A DNA stretch of 64,000 bases, taken from Bacteroidetes bacterium GWF2_38_335 (GTDB lineage Bacteria; Bacteroidota; Bacteroidia; Bacteroidales; GWF2-38-335). Where the stretch lies: contig MEOH01000005.1 of NCBI GenBank assembly GCA_001769535.1, positions 67,839-131,838 of the forward strand. Direction: 5' to 3'. The position numbers and the translations under genes are program-made. Under the pieces are notes generated by a model. The model saw nothing but the letters and a program-made list of their open reading frames with translations, was not told the origin of the DNA and did no database searches. Positions 19,461 through 30,755 of this stretch are shown here, one piece after another; position 1 is the first letter of the stretch; every line of letters begins with the position of its first letter.

Positions 19461-20732
19461 TTGAAAGAAAATTTAGAAAATATTGACAACTTTATTAAGA
19501 ATCAGCTTGATTCTCATGAATTTCCATATGATGGAAATGAGTGGCTGAAACTTGATAAAAAGATGTCCTCACCAGGACAAAGTCAATTCTTTAATCCAAG
19601 AAACTTTTTTATTGCCTCTGCTGTAACAATTGGAATCGTTGCAACAGTACTTCTTGTAAATACAGGAAATGAGGATGAAAACCGTGCAACTCAAAATAAA
19701 AATATCACTGAGCAGGTAAAAGTCTCTGAACAAGTAAACGGTCAGAATGTTATTCAAATCAAGCAACCTGAGAAAACTGATGTTGCAAATGAGAATCACA
19801 CAACTGTTACCCTTGAAAAACAAACTTTGCCCGATAACAATTTTAAAAATGAGATTGTAATTGAAAAACAGGATAACCGTAAACAAGGGAATGATGTAAA
19901 TAATTCAAACCAACCACCGGTTAACTGCAATAATAAAACTGAAAAGGGAATTCCAAACCAAAAGTTTCCATGTGCCCTGTTCAGAACAGATGTTAAAGAA
20001 GGATGTGCTCCTGTAACCGTGAAATTCACTCCGTTTGAGAAATGTGATACAGCGGTGTACCTTTGGGATTTTGGCGATGGGTCCGTGTCATCCGACATGA
20101 CTGCAACACATACATTTACTGATGCAGGAAAATACGATATCTCCCTGACTGTAAAATACTTCAAATCGGAAAAAATTGTTTCTAAATTCGCAGCAGAAGA
20201 AATAAGTGCACTAAAAACACCCGAAGTTAATTTCTCATATGAATCTGAGGGTGGGAAAATTTCTTTCACTGCCATGTCTGACATCACAAACAGATTTAGT
20301 TGGAGTTTCGGTGATGGAAATTCATCAAAGGAAATAAATCCGGAGCACCTGTACACCAATTCCGGAAAATATAGAGTGTCGCTTAAAGCACAGGCAATTA
20401 ACGGATGTGAAAATTCTTATGAGGAAAAAATTACCGTAGATCTTATTCCTGCCTTCGAAATGCCTGATGCATTTACCCCCAACGGCGACGGAAGAAATGA
20501 TTATTTTGGTCCGGTTGTCAATGACCTAGAATTAGTGAAATTTGAAATGGAAATCTACAATAAACTTGGCCAGATTGTTTATAAAACCACTTCTTTTGAC
20601 CAGCCATGGGACGGAAGAGTGTTGGGTAGCAACAAAATGTGCGATGCCGGAGTGTATGTGTGGCGAGTAAAAACTACCGATAAATACGGAAATTCAGACA
20701 ATTCCCAGGGATCTTTTACTCTTGTCAGATAA
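19461..20732 (+). CDS. Putative anti-sigma factor: short N-terminal domain, TM helix, low-complexity linker, two PKD domains, type-B T9SS CTD
   Basis: Follows the ECF gene; IDNFIKNQLDSHEFPYDGNEWLKL; TM FFIASAVTIGIVATVLLV; WDFGDG and WSFGDG; PDAFTPNGDGRNDYF...IYNKLG...WDG...GSFTLVR; TTG start. Confidence 0.75.
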   Translation: MKENLENIDNFIKNQLDSHEFPYDGNEWLKLDKKMSSPGQSQFFNPRNFFIASAVTIGIVATVLLVNTGNEDENRATQNKNITEQVKVSEQVNGQNVIQIKQPEKTDVANENHTTVTLEKQTLPDNNFKNEIVIEKQDNRKQGNDVNNSNQPPVNCNNKTEKGIPNQKFPCALFRTDVKEGCAPVTVKFTPFEKCDTAVYLWDFGDGSVSSDMTATHTFTDAGKYDISLTVKYFKSEKIVSKFAAEEISALKTPEVNFSYESEGGKISFTAMSDITNRFSWSFGDGNSSKEINPEHLYTNSGKYRVSLKAQAINGCENSYEEKITVDLIPAFEMPDAFTPNGDGRNDYFGPVVNDLELVKFEMEIYNKLGQIVYKTTSFDQPWDGRVLGSNKMCDAGVYVWRVKTTDKYGNSDNSQGSFTLVR

Positions 20733-20950
20733 CCACCTGTTTTCATTATCTTTTCAGACAGATTTTTAACTAAGTTATTTCACTCAATTTTTCTTTGAAT
20801 AAAAATCCGTATGACTACGGATATTAATTTTTTATCAATGAAAATTATACATTCGTCTACGAAATAGTACTGCTTATTTTAATGCATGAAAAACTTTTAT
20901 AACAAATTATTTTTCATTATATTAGACTCGTAAAATAAAATAAAAAGTAG

Positions 20951-20975
20951 GCAACCAAAACAACAAGGTATCGTC
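20951..20975 (+). promoter_or_regulatory. Putative ECF promoter 3
   Basis: GCAAC-caaaacaacaaggtat-CGTC, 16-nt spacer. Confidence 0.7.
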
Positions 20976-21021
20976 TTCTACTTAAGTACTTAATATTAGT
21001 GTTCAATTAATTGATAAACAC

Positions 21022-21591
21022 ATGAAAAACTATTTCTTACCCTTATTCTTACTTATGGTATTTTGCCATGGTATCAACGCTCAGGAAAACAGGATTGAAT
21101 TTAAGGCAAACACCCTTGGTGAAAAAATCGCTGTTGAAAATCCGGGTTTCAGAGCTGTTTCTTTTAATTTGTTTGGTGTAATCAATGAAACCAAAAGAAC
21201 AGAAATTGAAAATCTGTTCAAAAATGAAGAATTATTCAAGCGTGTTCAGATCACCATTGACGGAAAATGTTTTATGCTGCTGAATGAAAGCATTACTGCA
21301 GACCTGCTAAGGGCTCAGTATCTTATGCCCAATATGGTTGATTATGATTTTGTTTCTGTTGTTATCAAAGATCAAAGTTTGATTTCCAAAGGTCAGATAA
21401 TTCCGGAAGACTTCCCCAAATTTGTTGACACAGGAAATCCTGAATCTGACAATGCCACATTTAAAACTGCAAAAGATAAATGGATTCAGGAAAACCCTGA
21501 AAGGTATGATATGATGCACAATACCCAGAAAAATGAAGAAGAAAAACTTCGGGAGCAAATTATCAAACTTGAAAAAACCAAAACTAACTAA
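21022..21591 (+). CDS. Small exported hypothetical protein (module 1)
   Basis: Signal peptide ending in NAQ; C-terminal PEDFPKFVDTGNPESDNATFKTAKDKWIQENPERY. Confidence 0.8.
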   Translation: MKNYFLPLFLLMVFCHGINAQENRIEFKANTLGEKIAVENPGFRAVSFNLFGVINETKRTEIENLFKNEELFKRVQITIDGKCFMLLNESITADLLRAQYLMPNMVDYDFVSVVIKDQSLISKGQIIPEDFPKFVDTGNPESDNATFKTAKDKWIQENPERYDMMHNTQKNEEEKLREQIIKLEKTKTN

Positions 21592-21615
21592 CCACCACCC
21601 CAAAACTAATAAACC

Positions 21616-24600
21616 ATGAAAAAATTAATTTTTTTAATCGTTTTTGTAAGCTTATTACAGCTGCAAAATACCATGGCCCAATGTTCTAATTGTAATTCCA
21701 ATTTTCCGGGAGGTACTGCTTCAACAACATCAAGTACCCTAACGACGGTAACTACAGCTGGATGGGGAGGCGATTATTCCTATTACAATGTTGTTGCAGG
21801 ACAAACCTATACCTGGCAAACATGCGGAAGTACTTATGATACGCAACTCACCCTGTTTCAAAATGTTTGCAACGGAACATACCTGGCATACAATGACGAT
21901 GCCTGCGGAACTCAATCCATTATTACCTGGACTGCAACATTTACCGGTACTGTGGCTTTGTTGTTAAGTCAATACCCTTGCACAACCGGAACTACATCAG
22001 CCACGATACAGTGGGCATGTACAACATGCAGTGCAGCTCCCCCAATTACAGTAACCGGGTGCACAGGAACATTTTATGATTTGGGTGGTACGGGAAACTA
22101 TTCAAACAGTGAATCACAGGTCTGGACATTTTGTCCTGACAATCCCGGTTCATTGATGCAAATAAATTTTACGACATGGAGTCCCGAACCCGGAAACAAT
22201 AATGACCAGCTACTCGTCTACAATGGGAACAGCACTGCCGCCCCGTATATGCTGGGCGGTGATGGACTAAATCCCTTAGGCCTAGTGCAGGCGTCACCCC
22301 CGCCAACCAATACATCGGGGTGTCTTACTTTTGATTGGAGTTCAGATGGAGCTACTACCGCTGCCGGTTGGGTTGCCACCATAAACTGCATTGACCCCTG
22401 TCAGGATGTTGTTGCTGTTTGGAACGGCTCAACTCCTGCTGCCGTTTGGGATGCGGTTGATGGCGCTTATTACATTAATATTTGTCAGGGTGGTACGGTT
22501 ACATTTAATGCAACAGCTAATTACCCCGAAAACAATACCAGTTATACACAGAGTAATGCCACTTCCACTTTTCATTGGGATTTTGATGATGGAACATCTT
22601 CAAATGGCCAGTCAGTATCTCATACTTTCCCAACTTCAGGTGGCTATGATATCGACTTAACAGTTACTGATGTCAATGGTTGTGTAAATGCAAATGATAT
22701 TGGCGTTCGTGTAAGGGTTTCAACTACCCCCGATTTTACAGGTACCACAGTTAGTGACAATACAATTTGTGTTGGCCAGTGTGCTACTCTTACAGGCGTT
22801 GTTACTCCTGTAATGTGGCAATATCCCAGTAGCCAGACTTTAGCAGGAACAACATTCCTCCCTGATGGCTCAGGTGTTTCTTATACAACCGGTTTAACTT
22901 TTGATGAATTTAATCCTGGTCAAACTGTTACTTCAATAAATGATATTGCACAGATTTGCCTTACAATGGAGCATAGCTATCTCGGTGACCTTGATGTGTT
23001 TATTGAATGCCCTAACGGTTCAACTACCAGTCTATTCTATACTTATGGAACTGGTGCAGGGTATACCTATCTTGGTGAAGCAACCGACTTTTCAACTACA
23101 CCCGGTGATGGTTATCAATATTGTTTTGATCCGGCTTCCACAGCTGGAACTTTTGTTGAACTCGTTACTGCAGGAGCTCCAACATACAGTTATACCGATA
23201 ACGACGGAAATGTTGTTACTGCTCATCCATATATCCCTGCCGGCACATACGAGGCAGATGGTTTATGGACGAACCTGATTGGGTGCCCGTTAAATGGAAC
23301 ATGGACAATTCACGTTACTGACCATCTGGGTGCTGATGATGGATACATTTTCTCATGGGGCATCGGATTCGATCCATCCTTGTATCCTTCAATGTGGGAT
23401 TTTACTCCTACAATTGTTTCACAATCATGGTCAGGAAACGGTGTAACCGGTACCAATCCGGCAACCGCTTGTCCAACAGTGGCAGGGGTTCAAAACTATA
23501 CCTATTCTGTTACTGATAATTACGGATGTACTTATACAACGATTGTCCCAATTACAGTCTCATCACTTACTATAACTTCAAGTCAAACCAATGTTACATG
23601 TAATGGTGGAGCCAATGGCACTGCTACCATAACTTCGACCAGCGGGGGTACTGCACCTTATACTTATACATGGTCACCAGCAGTTTCAGCAACTAATAGT
23701 GCTACTGGTCTTGCTGCAGGAACCTATTCGGTAACAGTTACTGATGCTAATGGCTGTGGTGCAATTAGAGTTTTTACTATTACCCAGCCCGCAGCAATGA
23801 CCTTTACAACATCAACAACTCCCGCAAACTGTGGTGCTCCCACAGGAACTGCAACTGTTGGCGCTGTTACAAATGGCACAGCCCCTTATACTTATCTTTG
23901 GGCACCTGGTGGACAAACATCAAATCCTGCTATTAACCTGGCTGCAGGAACTTACACCGTTACAGTTACCGGTGCTAATGGCTGTACTGGAACAAACACT
24001 GCAACAGTTAATGGAACAGGAAGTGTAACTGCAGGATTCACCTCAAACGGGAACCATTGTTTAAATGGTGGTGTCAATAGTTTTTGCTTTACAAATACCG
24101 GAACAACAGGTGTTACTTATTCCTGGACTTTTGGCGATGGTGTTGGAACATCCACACTTCAAAACCCATGTTATACCTATACAAGTACTGGAACTTTTAC
24201 AGTTACTCAAACGGTTATTAATGGTTCATGTACTGCTACCTCAACAATGAATGTGACAGTCTATGCCAATCCAACCGTGACTTTTAACAATACCAATGTA
24301 AACTGCAATGGCTTCTGTAATGGTTCTTCACAGGCTTTACCTGTTGGAGGTTCAGGAACTTATTCATATACATGGAATGATCCTGCTCCTGTTCAAATAA
24401 CTCAGACAGCCACTGCCTTGTGCGCTGGTACATATAATGTTACCATTACTGATACTTACGGATGCTCTGTTGTTGGCACTACAACAATAACTCAGCCCAC
24501 TGCTTTATCTCATTCTGCCGCCAGTTCAAACTGTACCTGTAACGGAGTTTGTAACGGTACAGCTCAGGTTATTGCTTCGGGCGGAACAGGTTCCTATACT

Positions 24601-27600
24601 TATTCATGGTCGCCGGGCGGAGCAACTACATCGAACATCTCAGGGTTATGTCCAAATACCTATACTGTTACAATTTATGATGCAGCTAACCCGGCATGCT
24701 ATCAGACCGAAACGGTTATTATCACCCAACCTGCTGCTATCGTTTTAAGTACATCGGCTGTTAATGCAACATGCGGAATGTCAAATGGTTCAGCTTCAGT
24801 TAGTATTACTTCAGGTGGTACTGCTCCGTTTACTTATGCATGGAATGATCCTGCTCCCATACAGATAACGTCAACTGCAACAGGATTGGCCGCCGGAGCC
24901 TATACGGTTATTGTTACTGATGCAACAGGTTGTACTGCAACCGCAACTGTTAACGTAAATGATAACGGATCACCAACAGCTTCAATCACTGCACAAACCA
25001 ATGTGAATTGTTTTGGAGCATGCACAGGGTCTGCAACAGTTACACTTGGCGGAACCCTGAATCCAAACTTTAACTATGTCTGGTCTTCCGGTTCAAATAC
25101 TCCGGGCTCTCCATTGACAACAAATACTGCTTCAGGTTTATGTGCAGGGGCATTTTCTGTTACTGTTACTGACATTAATGGTTGTATAGCAACGGCTTCG
25201 GGAACAATTACCCAGCCAACTGCTTTAACAGCAACCACAACAACGGTCAGTGCCAATTGCGGACAGGCAAATGGTTCGGCAACAGTCAATCCTTCAGGTG
25301 GAACAGCTCCATATACCATATTTACATGGAACGATCCTGCACCCGTTCAGACAACACAAACAGCAACCGCTTTGGCTGCAGGAACATATTCAGTTACTGT
25401 TACCGACGCTGTTGGTTGTACTTTTACAACAACTGCGACCATTAGCGATATCGGTGGAATTACATCAGTTACCATGACTTCAACCAACGCTCTTTGCAAC
25501 GGGGCCTCAAACGGAACAGCAACTGCTACTCCGGCCGGTGGAACTGCACCATATATCTATACATGGGATGATCCGGCACCAGTTCAGACTACTCAAACAG
25601 CAACCGGACTTGCCGCTGGAACTTATTCAGTTACAGTTACTGATTTGTCTGGCTGTATAATGATTAATACTGTTGTTGTTGGCCAACCAACAGTTGTTAC
25701 GGCATCAATATCTGCATTTACAAATATTACCTGCAACGGTTTATCCAATGGCACGGCAACGGTTGCACCCGGTGGTGGTACTGCTCCTTATACCTATTTG
25801 TGGGCAGCGGGTTCTTCGCCAACCCTTCCAAATAACACTGGGTTACCAGTGGGTACAACAAATGTGACCGTATACGACGCCAATGGATGTACTGCAATGA
25901 CCAGTGTTACTTTGACTCAGCCAACTGCAGTTTCTCTTACAATATCAAGTGTTAACGAAAACTGTTTCCAGTGCAACGGAAGTTCAACCGTTGTGGCTTC
26001 CGGAGGTACAGCTCCATATACTTACCTCTGGCCGGCGTCTGCAGGAAGTCAGACTTCAGCAACTGCAACCGGACTTTGTTCAGGATCATACATTGTTACT
26101 GTAACTGATAACCAGGGTTGTACTGCGACTATTACCGGAACAGTGTCAAATATTCCTGCTGGTTTAGCTACCATCTCAAGCTTTACAAATGTTTCATGTA
26201 ATGGATTATGCAATGGTCAGGCAACCGTAAGTATCGGAGGGGGAATTTCTCCATACACTTATCAATGGCCGGCATCTGCAGGAAGCCAGACAACTGCTAC
26301 AGCTACCAATCTTTGTCCGGGAACTTATGTCCCATCAGTTATTGATGCTGTTGGATGTACAGTAACTTCATCGGTTACAATTACTGAACCAGCTGCACTT
26401 ACTGGAAATCTTACAATTGATCATCTTACCTGTCACGATATATGTGATGGCATTATCACTGTAAATCCAACTGGAGGTACTCCGGTTTACACTTATGCAT
26501 GGCAGGGAATGCTAAATACAACGCCAACTGTTAATTCACTTTGCCCTGGAAATTATACTGTAACTGTATCTGATGCCAATTCATGTACCATGGTTTTAAA
26601 TGGTACTGTGAATAATGCGGATGAAATATTTATTACCGGTGTTATTACAAATGCAAACTGTGGTCAGCCCGATGGAGCAATTGACATTACAGTAACCGGA
26701 GGAACAGGTCCATATACTTTTACATGGATTACCACCGCAACACCAACTCTTGAAGATCAGACAGGTCTTGCTGCCAACAATTATATTGTTGTTGTAACTG
26801 ACTCCAAAGGATGTACTCAACAACAAACATTTACTGTTGGTGAGATTGATGGTCCGACCTCTTTAATATCTGCATTTACAAATGTTTCCTGTAATGGAAG
26901 CTGTGATGGTACAGCTACTGTTACTGCATCCGGTGGATCAGGATTGTTTGGCTATCAATGGTCAGCTTCTGCAGGTGGCCAGCTAATTGCAAATGCTACA
27001 AATCTTTGCGTAGGATCGCATAGTGTTACAGTTACAGATATTTCAACAGGATGTATTACAATTTCATCAGTTACAATCACTGAACCTGCAGTTCTTGCTT
27101 ACACCATTACTGATATTGATCCTGAGTGCAACAGTATCTATGGAGCGTGCAACGGATCGGCTTCTGCAAATATTGTTGGCGGAACAACTCCATATACATA
27201 TTTGTGGAGTGGACCAGGTTTGGGTGCCGGAGCATCAACCACTACTGTAAGTAACCTTTGTGGAGGCAACTATTCTCTGCTAATAACTGATGCTCATGGT
27301 TGTACAAATCTTCAAACATTTACACTTGTTGAGCCTTCATTCATTAATCTTACCTATTCAACCGTTGCTGAACAGTGCAGTGGTGCATGCGACGGTCAGG
27401 CCGCTGTATTGCCTTCGGGTGGAACTCCGGGCTACACCTATCAGTGGAGTGCCACAGCTGGTGGGCAAACATCACAAACAGCACTTGGGCTTTGTGCAGG
27501 TACTTATCAGGTTACTGTTTATGACGATAACCTTTGTGCCCAGACAGGCAGCGTTACCGTAACAACTCCTAACCCGATGTCTTTTGTAAGCATTATCGTC

Positions 27601-30600
27601 GATCATGTTGATTGCTATGGAAACTGCAACGGAAGTGTGACAGTGAATGTTACAGGTGGCGTGCCACCATATACTTTTGGCTGGGATAATGGTTCTACAG
27701 CACAGAACCCAACCGGTCTTTGCCAGGGTGTGTACAACGTAACTGTTTATGACGACAATGACTGTTTTATTACATCTAACGTAATTGTTAACCAGCCTCC
27801 ATTGCTTACTTTGACTACTATTCCAACTAACGTAACCTGTTATGGATATGCAAACGGAAGTGTCATTGCCAATATCGGCGGTGGTCAGCCACCTTATGAT
27901 GTTGTTTGGTCACCATCAGGATCTTCTGCAACTACTCAGACAAACTTAAATCCGGGTACCTATTGCATCAGTATAACTGATTTCAACGGATGTACTATTT
28001 CAGATTGTGAAACCATTACCGGACCAACATTACTCGATATTGTTAACGTAGTTACCAATGATGCTACCTGCGGAGACAGCAATGGTTCAATAAATATTGG
28101 TATTGCAGGCGGTGTTCCTGGTTATGATATTGAATGGAGCAACGGCTGTGTTTCTGTAAATAACCCAAGCATACCTTCCGGTTGCTATGGTGTTACCATT
28201 ACTGATAATAATAACTGTGAAGCCGATACAACAATTTGTATCAACAACCTTGACGGACCGGTAATTACCGGAATTGTAAAAACCAATGTTACCTGTTTTG
28301 GCTATAGTGATGGTACGGCCACGGTTTCTTATACTGGAATTGCTCCTTTGACTGTTGAATGGTCAGATGGTCAGGTTGGAGATCTTGCAGATAATCTTCC
28401 TCCCGGAAATATAACCGTTGTTGTTACCGATGCAAACGGTTGTGAGGTTAGCCAGTTGGTTAACATTACTTCGCCTGCTCTGTTAAATGCCAATATCAAC
28501 TCATTTACCAATGTTCAGTGTTACGGCGCTTGCGATGGAACCGCCAATGTGTTTGTTGGTGGAGGTTCCATACCTTATTCTTATTCATGGCCGGTATCTG
28601 GTGACAATACTGCAACGGTTACCGGACTTTGTCAGGGTGTTCATAATGTTATTGTTACAGATATAAATGGATGTACAGCAACAGACAACCAATTAATTTC
28701 ACAGCCAGCTCAGTTTACTGTTTCGGCTACTGTAACCGATGCAACCTGTTTTGGATCTGACAATGGTATAATAACAATAATTTCGACCGGCGGAACACCA
28801 ACACATTTATATAACTGGCTGAATACAGGAACTACAATTTCAACGGATGCAAACCTGTGGCCGGGAAATCACACTGTATGCATTACCGACCAGCATGGTT
28901 GCGATACCTGTTTGACTTATGTTGTTGGTGAGCCCGATCCAATTGCTGCAACTCTTGCATCTGAACCTACTACCTGTGATGAGCCGAACGGAGTCATTTA
29001 TGTGTCGTCGGTTTCTGGCGGAACACCACCATATTCATATTCATGGTCACCTGAGTTTACCACTAATGCTGCCGGAGATATAAACTCTGATGCGCCTGAT
29101 GGAAACTATGTCCTTACCATTTATGATGACCACAACTGTTCACATGTGGTGTCGGGAACGGTAACCGCAGTTCAACCTCCGATTATAGTTAAGATTGATG
29201 TATATAATGCCACTTGTTTCGGTTATACCGATGGCTGGGCTGAAGCGGAAGTTGCTATGGGAACACCACCTTACACATATAACTGGACTCCAACCGGAGG
29301 AGATGGTTTGATAGCTACAGGACTTGGTGAGGGCGCTTATACATTTTATGTAACAGATGCTTCGGGTTGTGTGGCCAATCAAACAATTTACATTTCTGAA
29401 CCTAGTCCGGTTAACCTGACAGTTTCCGGAGAAACAACAATTTGTATCGGACAATCAACGGGTATATCTGCATTTGCAAATGGCGGTCAGCCTCCATATA
29501 CTTTTTACTGGGACGGAGTGCCTTCCACAAACACCACCTATGTTGTATCACCGGATGTGCTAACCTGTTATGATATATCATGTACCGATGCCAATGGCTG
29601 TCCGAATACCCAACCACAGGAAGTTTGTATAGATGTATACCCTGCAATCCACGTTGCAGCAATGACAAACAATCCAATGATCTGTGAAGGATCATCTGCC
29701 AGCATTATTGGTGCTGCAACAGGTGGAAATGGTGGTCCGTATGAATATTACTGGAGCACAGGAACATCCCATCTTTCAACTATTTCAGTTTCACCAACCA
29801 CCACAACCACATATCTTGTTTATGCTCAGGATAATTGCGGTTCACCTTCAGATTCTGCGACTGTAACAATAGAGGTTGATTATGCTCCGGAAATTAACGT
29901 GATTCCTGATACTTCAGGATGTGAACCGATAACCGTTCATTTCCATAACTTTATTGTTGATGAAACCGGAGTAAGCTATATATGGAATTTTGGTGATCCT
30001 TCATCGGGAACATTAAATATTTCAAATGATTCAGACCCGATACATATATATGAACACTCCGGAGATTTCGATGTAACTTTGACAGCAATATCACCAAGTG
30101 GTTGTGAAAGCGAAGCTACCTACGAAAACCTCATTAAGGTTAATGAAGTTCCTGTTGCTGATTTCCATGCAAATCCATGGGTAACTACCGTTTTCCACTC
30201 GAGAATTGAGTTTATGGATATGTCATCTGACGAAGTCACCGATTGGTATTGGGATTTTGGAGATACTTACCATTCAATAATTGAAAATCCTGAACATGAA
30301 TACAATGTGGCAGGAACATTCCCGGTAATGCTGGTAGTTTCAACCGAGTATGGCTGTATTGACACAGTTATACACGAGGTGATTATTCAGGAAGAAGTTA
30401 CTTTCTGGGCGCCGACAGCTATTACACCCGGCAACGGAGGAAGAAATGAAAACTTTATTGTGATGGGAATCGGATTGGACGAAGAGACTTACCATTTGTA
30501 CATTTATGACAGGTGGGGTGAAGTGATTTTTGAGACCACCGATTTTCAACAGTACTGGAACGGCAGGTTCGAAGGAGAGGGTGAGTTTGTTGAACTCGGA

Positions 30601-30681
30601 ACCTACACTTGGCTTGTTACCATCAGGGATATAAATGGAGTAAACCATGAATTTGCCGGTACAGTAACAGTAATCAGATAA
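21616..30681 (+). CDS. Giant T9SS type-B cargo surface protein (3021 aa): CUB-like, PKD, P-domain-like, SprB repeats, type-B CTD
   Basis: Signal peptide; CTGTFYDLGG (CUB-like); WDFDDG (PKD); EHSYLGDL; many TNVxCNGxxNGxATV..GGTAPYTYxW..TVTDANGC units; IYDRWGEVIF..WNG..GTYTW..GTVTVIR. Confidence 0.9.
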   Translation: MKKLIFLIVFVSLLQLQNTMAQCSNCNSNFPGGTASTTSSTLTTVTTAGWGGDYSYYNVVAGQTYTWQTCGSTYDTQLTLFQNVCNGTYLAYNDDACGTQSIITWTATFTGTVALLLSQYPCTTGTTSATIQWACTTCSAAPPITVTGCTGTFYDLGGTGNYSNSESQVWTFCPDNPGSLMQINFTTWSPEPGNNNDQLLVYNGNSTAAPYMLGGDGLNPLGLVQASPPPTNTSGCLTFDWSSDGATTAAGWVATINCIDPCQDVVAVWNGSTPAAVWDAVDGAYYINICQGGTVTFNATANYPENNTSYTQSNATSTFHWDFDDGTSSNGQSVSHTFPTSGGYDIDLTVTDVNGCVNANDIGVRVRVSTTPDFTGTTVSDNTICVGQCATLTGVVTPVMWQYPSSQTLAGTTFLPDGSGVSYTTGLTFDEFNPGQTVTSINDIAQICLTMEHSYLGDLDVFIECPNGSTTSLFYTYGTGAGYTYLGEATDFSTTPGDGYQYCFDPASTAGTFVELVTAGAPTYSYTDNDGNVVTAHPYIPAGTYEADGLWTNLIGCPLNGTWTIHVTDHLGADDGYIFSWGIGFDPSLYPSMWDFTPTIVSQSWSGNGVTGTNPATACPTVAGVQNYTYSVTDNYGCTYTTIVPITVSSLTITSSQTNVTCNGGANGTATITSTSGGTAPYTYTWSPAVSATNSATGLAAGTYSVTVTDANGCGAIRVFTITQPAAMTFTTSTTPANCGAPTGTATVGAVTNGTAPYTYLWAPGGQTSNPAINLAAGTYTVTVTGANGCTGTNTATVNGTGSVTAGFTSNGNHCLNGGVNSFCFTNTGTTGVTYSWTFGDGVGTSTLQNPCYTYTSTGTFTVTQTVINGSCTATSTMNVTVYANPTVTFNNTNVNCNGFCNGSSQALPVGGSGTYSYTWNDPAPVQITQTATALCAGTYNVTITDTYGCSVVGTTTITQPTALSHSAASSNCTCNGVCNGTAQVIASGGTGSYTYSWSPGGATTSNISGLCPNTYTVTIYDAANPACYQTETVIITQPAAIVLSTSAVNATCGMSNGSASVSITSGGTAPFTYAWNDPAPIQITSTATGLAAGAYTVIVTDATGCTATATVNVNDNGSPTASITAQTNVNCFGACTGSATVTLGGTLNPNFNYVWSSGSNTPGSPLTTNTASGLCAGAFSVTVTDINGCIATASGTITQPTALTATTTTVSANCGQANGSATVNPSGGTAPYTIFTWNDPAPVQTTQTATALAAGTYSVTVTDAVGCTFTTTATISDIGGITSVTMTSTNALCNGASNGTATATPAGGTAPYIYTWDDPAPVQTTQTATGLAAGTYSVTVTDLSGCIMINTVVVGQPTVVTASISAFTNITCNGLSNGTATVAPGGGTAPYTYLWAAGSSPTLPNNTGLPVGTTNVTVYDANGCTAMTSVTLTQPTAVSLTISSVNENCFQCNGSSTVVASGGTAPYTYLWPASAGSQTSATATGLCSGSYIVTVTDNQGCTATITGTVSNIPAGLATISSFTNVSCNGLCNGQATVSIGGGISPYTYQWPASAGSQTTATATNLCPGTYVPSVIDAVGCTVTSSVTITEPAALTGNLTIDHLTCHDICDGIITVNPTGGTPVYTYAWQGMLNTTPTVNSLCPGNYTVTVSDANSCTMVLNGTVNNADEIFITGVITNANCGQPDGAIDITVTGGTGPYTFTWITTATPTLEDQTGLAANNYIVVVTDSKGCTQQQTFTVGEIDGPTSLISAFTNVSCNGSCDGTATVTASGGSGLFGYQWSASAGGQLIANATNLCVGSHSVTVTDISTGCITISSVTITEPAVLAYTITDIDPECNSIYGACNGSASANIVGGTTPYTYLWSGPGLGAGASTTTVSNLCGGNYSLLITDAHGCTNLQTFTLVEPSFINLTYSTVAEQCSGACDGQAAVLPSGGTPGYTYQWSATAGGQTSQTALGLCAGTYQVTVYDDNLCAQTGSVTVTTPNPMSFVSIIVDHVDCYGNCNGSVTVNVTGGVPPYTFGWDNGSTAQNPTGLCQGVYNVTVYDDNDCFITSNVIVNQPPLLTLTTIPTNVTCYGYANGSVIANIGGGQPPYDVVWSPSGSSATTQTNLNPGTYCISITDFNGCTISDCETITGPTLLDIVNVVTNDATCGDSNGSINIGIAGGVPGYDIEWSNGCVSVNNPSIPSGCYGVTITDNNNCEADTTICINNLDGPVITGIVKTNVTCFGYSDGTATVSYTGIAPLTVEWSDGQVGDLADNLPPGNITVVVTDANGCEVSQLVNITSPALLNANINSFTNVQCYGACDGTANVFVGGGSIPYSYSWPVSGDNTATVTGLCQGVHNVIVTDINGCTATDNQLISQPAQFTVSATVTDATCFGSDNGIITIISTGGTPTHLYNWLNTGTTISTDANLWPGNHTVCITDQHGCDTCLTYVVGEPDPIAATLASEPTTCDEPNGVIYVSSVSGGTPPYSYSWSPEFTTNAAGDINSDAPDGNYVLTIYDDHNCSHVVSGTVTAVQPPIIVKIDVYNATCFGYTDGWAEAEVAMGTPPYTYNWTPTGGDGLIATGLGEGAYTFYVTDASGCVANQTIYISEPSPVNLTVSGETTICIGQSTGISAFANGGQPPYTFYWDGVPSTNTTYVVSPDVLTCYDISCTDANGCPNTQPQEVCIDVYPAIHVAAMTNNPMICEGSSASIIGAATGGNGGPYEYYWSTGTSHLSTISVSPTTTTTYLVYAQDNCGSPSDSATVTIEVDYAPEINVIPDTSGCEPITVHFHNFIVDETGVSYIWNFGDPSSGTLNISNDSDPIHIYEHSGDFDVTLTAISPSGCESEATYENLIKVNEVPVADFHANPWVTTVFHSRIEFMDMSSDEVTDWYWDFGDTYHSIIENPEHEYNVAGTFPVMLVVSTEYGCIDTVIHEVIIQEEVTFWAPTAITPGNGGRNENFIVMGIGLDEETYHLYIYDRWGEVIFETTDFQQYWNGRFEGEGEFVELGTYTWLVTIRDINGVNHEFAGTVTVIR

Positions 30682-30700
30682 ATATTTTAACACATTTTAC

Positions 30701-30733
30701 TAAAAAGGTTGCTTATATTGGGCAACCTTTTTA
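30701..30733 (+). terminator. Intrinsic terminator
   Basis: TAAAAAGGTTGC...GCAACCTTTTTA inverted repeat. Confidence 0.8.
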
Positions 30734-30755
30734 TTTTTAGAAAAAATTTTAAAGC

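Noticed and set aside
30722-30750. GCAAC upstream of the spermidine-synthase-like gene
   Set aside because: It is part of the terminator stem and has no CGTC at the expected distance
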